A DNA stretch of 64,000 bases from Bugula neritina (taxonomy: Eukaryota; Animalia; Bryozoa): positions 133,480 to 197,479 of the forward strand of contig OZ037767.1 in NCBI GenBank assembly GCA_964035545.1. The letters are read 5' to 3'. The notes under the pieces are model-generated. The model saw only the letters and a list, made by a program, of their open reading frames with translations, was not told the origin of the DNA and did not search any database. Shown piece after piece: positions 1 to 12,200 of this stretch. The position numbers and the translations under genes are program-made. The stretch's first letter is position 1, and the number at the start of each line of letters is the position of its first letter.

Positions 1-254
1 CCATGCGTGAGATAGTTTAGTCATGCGTAGTTAATCTGTGTCTAATTATGACACAAATTAGTAAGGCAGGGCCGGCCAAGACACCCAACACAAGGCTAAG
101 ATACTGAGTTTGGAACTATGGTTTATGTTGATGGTAAGGCAGGTCCTTGCTTCTAAATAACTAATAGTGTGTGTGTAGACTCGGTGAAAGTCAAACCTTC
201 AGCTTCAGCTCTCGCAGCCAAGCATCTGCTTCTTAGAGCTCAGAGGTTAGAATA

Positions 255-3200
255 ATGGAGTCTAAAACCCCCTTACTGCAGTCACAAGAATACGGGACAG
301 ACTCTAACACCCCCCTACTACAGTCACAAGAATACGGGACAGACTCTAACACCCCCCTACTACAGTCACAAGAATACGGGACAGACTCTAACACCCCCTT
401 ATTGCAGTCACAAGAATACGGGACAGACTCTAACACCCCCTTATTGCAGTCACAAGAATACGGGACAGATTCTAACACCCCCCTACTACAGTCACAAGAA
501 TACGGGGCAGACTCTAACACCCCCCTACTCCAGTCACAAGAAGCTGTAGAAGGACAGTCCAATGAACCCACAGAGTCTCTATCTAAAAGAAAAGAGGTGT
601 TTCTCTTTACAGTCATCTTAGGATCTCAGTTTATGTCCTCTACTATTGACACCTTCTTATTTCCCTTTTTCTCCAAAGAAGCGACGAGAAAGGGGCTGAA
701 TCAGTCAGAAGTTGGTCTCGTGTTTTCATCTTTTGAAGTTTCCAGATTTCTGTGTTCTTTGTTGGTTGGAAAGTTGGTGAGTGGTTTAAGGACAGTTCAT
801 AAAGAATCTATAAACAGTCTATAGATAGACTATAAACAGTCTATAATTAGTCTATAATTATAGATGGTCTGTAAACAATATTATAGTACACTGTATTTAT
901 ATACTATAGTACTATACTGTATACACTATATACACCATACTACTATACTAGTATAGTAGTATAATAGTATAGTATATATATATAGTATAGTATAGTAGTA
1001 TATAGTATATATACTATACTACTATACTATACTACTATACTATACTATATATATACTATACTATTATACTATACTGTATATATACTATATACTATACTGT
1101 ATATATACTATACTACTATACTACTATACTACACTGTATATATACTATACTACTATACTATACTGTATATATACTATACTATTATACTACACTGTATATA
1201 TCCTATACTATACTATACTGTATATATACTATATACTATTATACTACACTGTATATACACCATACTACTATACTATACTGTATATATACTATACTATTAT
1301 ACTACACTGTATATACACCATACTACTATACTATACTATATATATACTACACTATTCACTCTAGATTGCAGCACTTCCCTTAAGAATCTGGTGCCTCATA
1401 GGTTCAGCAGTGACTGCCATATCCTGTGTATCATTTGGGTAGGTGAAGGTCATTTGGGTAGGTGAAGGCCATTTGGGTAGGTGAAGGTCATTTGGGTAAG
1501 TGAAGGTCATTTGGGTAAGTAAAGGTCATTTGGGTAGGTAAAGGTCACTTGGGTAGGTGAAGGTCATTTGGGTAGGTGAAGGTCATTTGGGTAGGTGTAC
1601 ATCATATTATATTTGTTGTATTCAACAGTTACAGTTAACATCTTCCAAGCAATCCTAATCAAGTTTTTTTTAATAATAAACAATAGCATATAATTAGTAA
1701 TTTGACTGTGTGCTTATGAAAAGAAATGCACTTAATAAATCTGGATATTTACCGTCCGTAGCCATCTTAGCAGTTCTGATAGGCCAATGTACTTTTCTCA
1801 AAGGTTATTTAGTAGTAATACACAAATCTTATGTCTGCATGACTCCATAGCAACCTGTAAACAATACTCCATAGCAACCTGTCTACAGCAAACATTTCTG
1901 ATGCCCAGTTGGTATTAGAAGTTGTGCTCCCTGTAATGTTACATCATTTAACTTAATTGTTAAAAGCAGCTCGGCATAGAACTTACAGTTTGTCACATTA
2001 AGTAACGCTGCTAGATACATATCAAGTGTTATCTGTTTATAAAATCCATCAACATTTGATACATACTTTAATTCATCAAGTTATCCATCTGTTATATTTC
2101 TTCAGTTTAGCTTCATACGGTCCTAATGCCATGTTCCTACCAATGTGTATGACACTAAGAATGACAGCTGGCGCAGGTTCTTCTGCACTCACTGTGGCAG
2201 GTACTACCATGTTGTTGAAAGTGTCATCATTCAAAGTTGGCACTGTTACTGTGAGTATATAGTACCATTACTATGAGTATATATATAGTACTGTTACTGT
2301 GAGTATATAGTACTGTTACTATGAGTATATAGTACTGTTACTGTGAGTATATAGTACCGTTACTATGAGTATATAGTACTGTTACCATGTGTATATAGTA
2401 CTATTACTATGAGTATATAGTACTATTACTATGAGTATATAGTACTGTTACTATGAGTATATAGTACTATTACTATGAGTATATAGTACTGTTACTATGA
2501 GTATATAGTACTGTTACTATGAGTATATAGTACTGTTACTGTGAGTATATAGTACTGTTACTATGTGTATATAGTACTGTCACTATGAGTATGTAGTACT
2601 ATTACTATGAGTATATAGTACTATTACTATGAGTATATAGTACTATTATTGTGAGTATATAGTACTGTTACTATGAGTATATAGTACTGTTACTATGAGT
2701 ATATAGTACTGTTACTATGTATATATAGTACTGTTACTATGAGTATTCAATACTGTTTCCAGGGCTTAGCTGAAATGATAATTGGAGCATCTTATGCTTC
2801 TGGTCCAATGATAGGCTCCGCCATATACATGGTGAGTTGCATTCTGGGTAATATATAATACTGTTTCAGCTAGGAGGATATACTAGTGTATTCTGGGTAA
2901 TATATAATACTGTTTCAGTTAGGAGGATATACTAGTGTATTCTGGGTAATATATAATACTGTTTCAGTTAGGAGGATATACTAGTGTATTATGGGTAATA
3001 TATAATAGTGTTTCAGTTAGGAGGATATACTAGTGTATTCTGGGTAATATATAATACTGGTTCAGTTAGGAGGATATACTAGTGTATTCTGGGTAATATA
3101 TAATACTGTTTCAGTTAGGAGGATATGCTAGTGTATTCTGGGTAATATATAGTACTGTTTCAGTTAGGAGGATATACTAGTGTATTCTGGGTAATATATA

Positions 3201-6200
3201 ATACTGTTTCAGTTAGGAGGATATACTAGTGTATTCTGGGTAATATATAATACTGTTTCAGTTAGGAGGATATACTAGTGTATTCTGGGTAATATATAAT
3301 ACTGTTTCAGTTAGAAGGATATACTAGTGTATTCTGGGTAATATATAATACTGTTTCAGTTAGGAGGATATACTAGTGTATTCTGGGTAATATATAATAC
3401 TGTTTCAGTTAGGAGGATATACTAGTGTATTCTGGGTAATATATAATACTGGTTCAGTTAGGAGGATATACTAGTGTATTCTGGGTAATATATAATACTG
3501 TTTCAGTTAGGAGGATATACTAGTGTATTCTGGGTAATATATAATACTGTTTCAGTTAGGAGGATATACTAGTGTATTCTGGGTAATATATAATACTGTT
3601 TCAGTTAGGAGGATATACTAGTGTATTCTGGGTGATATATAATACTGTTTCAGTTAGGAGGATATACTAGTGTATTCTGGGTAATATATAATACTGTTTC
3701 AGTTAGGAGGATATACTAGTGTATTCTGGGTAATATATAATACTGTTTCAGTTAGGAGGATATACTAGTGTATTCTGGGTAATATATAATACTGTTTCAG
3801 TTAGGAGGATATACTAGTGTATTCTGGGTAATATATAATACTGTTTCAGTTAGGAGGATATACTAGTGTATTCTGGGTAATGGGAGGAGTTACAGCTGCT
3901 TTGACATTCCTTTTATCACTGCTACACGTGACAGTTGGTAAGTAAATTGTATTATGACTATAGTAAGGATCATAACAATGGCCAACATACTGTGGTTGTC
4001 TCTTCCTGTATTGAAGAACTTCTTTAGCTGTAACTTTATAGAATTTAGCTGCAGAAACCAACTCTACGAAAGAGAAACACAGTTTGGCTTTGCTGAAGAC
4101 CAAGAGCATTCCCTTTCTGTATCTCCTCACCTTCGTACACAGATTTGTTTCCTTTGCCAGGACCTCCATGCTTGGAGCTTTCCTTATTAGTACGGTAAGA
4201 GTGAAGTCATCCACTCTCATCTTTCAGCCTGTTCTTTATTCTCCATGCTGTATGCTAGAGATTAAATATTAAACTAGAAGATAGCAGAGCTTAGTGTTTG
4301 AGATACTGACTATTATTAGCTACTGACTATTATTAGCTACTAGTCCTGGCAATGCAATGCAGGTCATGTTTCTGTCCAGCTGTCACTATGGAAACCACCT
4401 GCAGGCATTTGTTCAACATAATGACCAAAAGCATGGAAAACTGTCTTTTGTAACAAATGAGGCTGGTGCAGATATTTGGTGAAAGTATTTGAAAAATGAC
4501 ATCAGCAATGTGGCATTTATCAATCTCCAATAATTACAGTTTGACCAAGCTGATTGGGTGATTGGATTTTCCTACTCCGTATGGGCTGTGATGTACATGG
4601 TAGCCTGTCTTTTCACTGCCAAGTTTGTCAACAAGGTGTGTCCATGCGTAAATTTGTATTTTCTTAATCTATTTTAAATTTTGATTGATTTCAGTTGAGT
4701 TTCATAGCATAGCAGTTCAACAATGTTACCATGCAGTAGGGCATAATCATGTGTCAACATATACTCTCACGTGTCAACACATACTCTCATATGTCAACAG
4801 ATTCTCTCATGTGTCAACAGATTCTCTCACGTGTCAACAGATTCTCTCAAATGTCAACACATATGCACTACATAGTAGTGTGTATATTGTAGAACTATGT
4901 ATATGTATATACTACATAGTAATGTATATATTGTAGAACTATGTATATGTATATACTACATAGTAATGTGTATATTGTAGAACTATGTATATGTATATAC
5001 TACATAGTAGTGTATATATTGCAGAACTATGTATATGTATATACTACATAGTAATGTATATATTGTAGAACTATGTATATGTATATACTACATAGTAGTG
5101 TATATATTGTAGAACTATGTATATGTATATACTACATAGTAATGTATATATTGTAGAACTATTTATATGTATATACCACATAGTAATGTATATATTGTAG
5201 AACTATGTATATGTATATACTACATAGTAATGTGTATATTGTAGAACTATGTATATGTATTTACTACATAGTAATGTATATATTGTAGAACTATGTATAT
5301 GTATATACTACATAGTAATGTTTATATTGTAGAACTATGTATATGTATATACTACATAGTAATGTATATATTGTAGAACTATGTATATGTATATACTACA
5401 TAGTAGTGTATATATTGTAGAACTATGTATATGTATATACTACATAGTAATGTATATATTGTAGAACTATTTATATGTATATACCACATAGTAATGTATA
5501 TATTGTAGAACTATGTATATGTATATACTACATAGTAATGTATATATTGTAGAACTATTTATATGTATATACCACATAGTAACGCATATATTGTAGAACT
5601 ATGTATATGTATATACTACATAGTAGTGTATATATTGTAGAACTATGTATATGTATACTACATAGTAATGCATATATTGTAGAACTATGTATATGTATAT
5701 ACTACATAGTAATGTATATATTGTAGAACTATGTATATGTATATACTACATAGTAGTGTATATATTGTAGAACTATGTATATGTATATACTACATAGTAG
5801 TGTATATATTGTAGAACTATGTATATGTATATACTACATAGTAATGTATATATTGTAGAACTATGTATATGTATTTACTACATAGTAGTGTATATATTGT
5901 AGAACTATGTATATGTATATACTACATAGTAATGTATATATTGTAGAACTATGTATATGTATATACTACATAGTAGTGTATATATTGTAGAACTATGTAT
6001 ATGTATATACTACATAGTAGTGTATATATTGTAGAACTATGTATATGTATATACCACATAGTAATGTATATATATTGTAGAACTATGTATATACCACATA
6101 GTAATGTATATATTGTAGAACTATGTATATGTATATACTACATAGTAATGTATATATTGTAGAACTATGTATATGTATATACTACATAGTAATGTATATA

Positions 6201-9200
6201 TTGTAGAACTATGTATATATGTATATACTACATAGTAATGTATATATTGTAGAACTATGTATATGTATATACTACATAGTAATGTGTATATATTGTAGAA
6301 CTATGTATATGTATATACTACATAGTAATGTATATATTGTAGAACTATGTATATGTATACTACATAGTAATGCATATATTGTAGAACTATGTATATGTAT
6401 ATACTACATAGTAATGTATATATTGTAGAACTATGTATATGTATATACTACATAGTATTGTATATATTGCAGAACTATGTATATGTATATACCACATAGT
6501 AGTGTATATATTGTAGAACTATGTATATGTATATACCACATAGTAATGTATATATTGTAGAACTATGTATATGTATATACTACATAGTAATGTATATTTT
6601 GTAGAACTATGTATATGTATATACTACATAGTAATGTATATATTGTAGAACTATTTATATGTATATACCACATAGTAATGTATATATTGTAGAACTATGT
6701 ATATGTATATACTACATAGTAGTGTATATATTGTAGAACTATTTATATGTATATACCACATAGTAATGTATATATTGTAGAACTATGTATATGTATATAC
6801 CACATAGTAATGTATATATTGTAGAACTATGTATATGTATATACCACATAGTAATGTATATATTGTAGAACTATGTATATGTATATACCACATAGTAATG
6901 TATATATTGTAGAACTATGTATATGTATATACCACATAGTAATGTATATATTGTAGAACTATGTATATGTATATACTACATAGTAGTGTATATATTGTAG
7001 AACTATGTATATGTATATACCACATAGTAGTGTATATATTGTAGAACTATGTATATGTATATACTACATAGTAATGTATATATTGTAGAACTATGTATAT
7101 GTATATATTGTAGAACTATTTATATGTATATACCATATAGTAATGTATATATTGTAGAACTATGTATATGTATATACCACATAGTAATGTATATATTGTA
7201 GAACTAGGTATATGTATATACCACATAGTAATGTATATATTGTAGAACTATGTATATGTATATACTACATAGTAGTGTATATATTGTAGAACTATGTATA
7301 TGTATATACCACATAGTAGTGTATATATTGTAGAACTATGTATATGTATATACTACATAGTAATGTATATATTGTAGAACTATGTATATGTATATATTGT
7401 AGAACTATTTATATGTATATACCATATAGTAATGTATATATTGTAGAACTATGTATATGTATATACTACATAGTAATGTATATATTGTAGAACTATGTAT
7501 ATGTATATATTGTAGAACTATGTATATGTATATACTACATAGTAATGTATATATTGTAGAACTATGTATATGTATATACTACATAGTAATGTATATATTG
7601 TAGAACTATGTATATGTATATACTACATAGTAATGTATATATTGTAGAACTATGTATATGTATATACTACATAGTAATGTATATATTGTAGAACTATGTA
7701 TATGTATATACTACATAGTATTGTATATATTGTAGAACTATGTATATGTATATACCACATAGTAGTGTATATATTGTAGAACTATGTATATGTATATACC
7801 ACATAGTAATGTATATATTGTAGAACTATGTATATGTATATACTACATAGTAATGTATATTTTGTAGAACTATGTATATGTATATACTACATAGTAATGT
7901 ATATATTGTAGAACTATTTATATGTATATACCACATAGTAATGTATATATTGTAGAACTATGTATATGTATATACTACATAGTAGTGCATATATTGTAGA
8001 ACTATTAATATGTATATACCACATAGTAATGTATATATTGTAGAACTATGTATATGTATATACCACATAGTAATGTATATATTGTAGAACTATGTATATG
8101 TATATACCACATAGTAATGTATATATTGTAGAACTATGTATATGTATATACCACATAGTAATGTATATATTGTAGAACTATGTATATGTATATACCACAT
8201 AGTAATGTATATATTGTAGAACTATGTATATGTATATACCACATAGTAATGTATATATTGTAGAACTATGTATATGTATATACCACATAGTAATGTATAT
8301 ATTGTAGAACTATGTATATGTATATACCACATAGTAATGTATATATTGTAGAACTATGTATATGTATATACTACATAGTAATGTATATATTGTAGAACTA
8401 TGTATATGTTTATACCACATAGTAATGTATATATTGTAGAACTATGTATATGTATATACCACATAGTAATGTATATATTGTAGAACTATGTATACTCATG
8501 TATGCTAGTTGCGTGGCTCTTCAACTCATTCTGCTATCTGTTTCTCGCTCCCTCCCCGGTGTTGGATTTCATATTTCATGGCCACAAGTAAGTGGATTTT
8601 ACTGTAATTTATATACTAACTATACTGTTGATATCCTATCTATACTGTTGATATACTATCTATACTGTTGATATACTCTCTATACTGTTGATATACTATC
8701 TATACTGTTGATATACTCTCTATACTGTTGATATACTATCTATACTGTTGATATACTCTCTATACTGTTGATATGCTATCTATACTGTTGATATACTCTC
8801 TATACTGTTGATATACTAACTATACTGTTGATAAACTATCTATACTGTTGATATACTATCTATACTGTTGATATACTATCTATACTGTTGATATACTATC
8901 TATACTGTTGATAAACTATCTATACTGTTGATGTACTATCTATACTGTTGATATACTATCTATACTGTTGATATACTATCTATACTGTTGATATACTCTC
9001 TATACTGTTGATATACTATCTATACTGTTGATATACTATATATACTGTTGATATACTATCTATACTGTTGATATACTCTCTATACTGTTGATATACTATC
9101 TATACTGTTGATATACTATCTATACTGTTGATACACTATCTATACTGTTGATATATTCTCTATACTGTTGATATACTATCTATACTGTTGATATACTCTC

Positions 9201-12200
9201 TATACTGTTGATATACTCTCTATACTGTTGATATACTATCTATACTGTTGATATACTATCTATACTGTTGATATACTATCTATACTGTTGATAAACTATC
9301 TATACTGTTGATGTACTATCTATACTGTTGATATACTATCTATACTGTTGATATACTATCTATACTGTTGATATACTATCTATACTGTTGATTTACTATC
9401 TATACTCATAATATACTCTCTATACTGTTAATATACTCTCTATACTGTTGATATACTAACTATACTGTTGATATACTATCTATACTGTTGATATACTCTC
9501 TATACTGTTGATATATTCTCTATACTGTTGATATACTATCTATACTGTTGACGCTATACTTCTGCAGGTATTTCCCGATGACCTTTGCTGCCTTGCTGCT
9601 GGTGAATGTGGTGGATACCGGGCAACTGATTCCCCTGTTTCAAGCTGTGCTCAACATTCTTATGTGAGTATATCTCAGCATGCACCTCAGTAGTAGAGGA
9701 GTACCAATCCTGGACCACTTTGCCTCCAGTGGCTCCTCGCAATTAAGTTGCGAGTCCCCTGGAGGCAAAGTAATCCAGGATTGGTACTCCTCTACTACTA
9801 CTATAATAATAAATTATAAGTTTTTTATTAAAAAAAGTAATATTACAATTAAATTGTGAGTTTTCACTAGAGGTAAAGTAATTTAAAATTAGTTTATTTT
9901 TACTACTACTTTAGTAGTATTTTTTTAAGTTTTATTTTAGAACATACACACTTTTTTTGTTAACTTTTTTTAAAAAAACGACTTTTTTTTTAAAATTTTT
10001 TTTAACGGTTTTTAAAAAATATTTTTCCTTTTTTCTAACTTTTTTTTAAAAAAAAAAGTGCGTTTTTTAAACGCCTTACTATATTGTATTTTATTATTGG
10101 TAAATTATTATACGCTAAGAATATAATAATTTAATAAGGTAAAATTGTTTAAACGTTATAACTTGGAAATGTGGGTTGAGATTCTGTAGATTCTATTATA
10201 TTACCATTGCTCGTTGATAATACTAATTTATTACCAATTGCATTTTGTAATTTAGGAATAGCGTAATTATCTATATTATAAGTAGTAATAATATCCGAAA
10301 TATTTATACCCGTTTCTACGATATTACCATCACTCGAAAGCATTAATAATTTACCTCCGATTATTGGTTGTATTTTATTCATAGCAAAATTATTTATATT
10401 ACTAGTCGTAACAACATCGCTAACGCTTAAACTACTATCCGCAATATTACCCGAAGTAGTTGAAACGGTTAATTTTTCAGTCGGGTCTCGTATAAGAGGT
10501 ACAGCGTAATTAGATACATTAGTTTTCGTAACGACATCATCAACTTTTAAATTACTATCTATAACGCGTCCATCATTAGTTGATACGGTTAATTTTTCAG
10601 TCGGGTTTTGTATAAGAGGTACGGCGTAATTAGATACATTAGTTTTTGTAACGACATTATCAACTTTTAAATCGCTATCTATAACGCGTCCGTCATCAGT
10701 TGATATAGTTAACTGATTAATGGGGTCTCGTATTTTAGGCATACTCGTATTATCAACGTATTTTTTTGTAGCCGCGTCTTGATCGTCAGCAGGATCAATG
10801 ACTCTAGATATTTTATTTTCCCCCATATCTAGCGTACCCGTAAGAGTACTACTACCGTTTATTAAAACGAATTTTTTTGTATTTATTTCCGTTTTTCCAC
10901 TTCCTCCGAATTTATAAACACTCATTTATTACGGTATATAAAATTCGTCTAACCCGTGTCTATACCTCCCATTATTTTTTGAGGAAGAAAGATCTAAAGT
11001 AATAAAGCCGTGAGGTTTTTGCCATCCTTTATAACAAAATTCTTTAAATTCGTTTAATGCTATATCTCCAGTTACGTGATCTTGATATATATGATTTAGA
11101 TTTTTTCCATCTTGAGGAAATAAGCAAATAAAATTAGCGTTTTCTCGAATAGTACTTCTAGGTAGCTTAAAATAATTTTGTGACAAATAAAAGCAATCGA
11201 CGTTATTGTGTCGTCCTCTTACGTAATAACTTTCGCAAGTTTTTTGTTTTTCCAACATTAAATCATCGAATATTATTAAATTTTTATTATTAGCGTTTAA
11301 TTCGCTAGGATCATAAACGTCGTCACTAGATTCAATAAATTCGGCGTCTATATTACCATTACCCCTACTATTTTTTAAAACACGATTTACGTTTATACCT
11401 GAATTTACTATTAGCTCGCTATTTTTAAAAAAATTTAAAATTTCTTCTTTAGTTAATTTACGTTCGAAAGCCTTCCTCATATTTATATATTCGGGTTGAG
11501 AAAGATTTTTACCGTAAATCATAAGTTTATCGTAATCGAGCCAATTAGGTTGTAATAGTAAATTACAAAGTAACGTAGTTTTACCGCATCCAGACTTTCC
11601 AACGATAAGACCTCTTATGCTTTTAGGAAGTAAAGGATTATTATTACGATTAATTTCGTTTTTCCACGAAAGATTTTCTATTTCCATTTATTATAATAAA
11701 TGTATTGTTGTAAGTGTAAAACTAAAACGAAAACTCTCAATTACGAAAAGAGAGTAAGTAAAAATAATAGACTAATGGGTTACGGTAATTGCGGTCAATG
11801 CAGATGTAAAAAGACTACATTCGTTGGGTCGGGTTTAGCGAATAATTTAATAAATAATTTACCCTTTGAATTACATTACCCCGGTCATAATTTTTTAGGA
11901 CCCGGTACTAAATTAAATAAGCGTTTAAATGACGATACGACTCCTAAAGAATGGAGTAAACCGGTAGATCGAGACGACGCCATAGCCATGAGACACGACG
12001 TGTGTTACGCGCTTAATAAAGATACTAAAACTAGAAACGAAATATGCGATAAAAATATGCTAGACGAATTAAAAGCTATACCTAATCCTACGCCCGCTGA
12101 ACAGCGACACAGTCGTTTTGCCTCGGCAATAATAGGAGCAAAAAAACGTTTAGGATGGGGATGGACGGACGAGTTAGCCGAAGAATTGCATAAACCGGTA

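Noticed and set aside
233-616. Cys-rich repeat protein on the minus strand
   Set aside because: Antisense reading of the transporter's 42-bp coding repeat.
9554-9742. ORF crossing the left element junction (also 23674..23901 and 23826..24065 at the right)
   Set aside because: Chance frames spanning TIR and host DNA.
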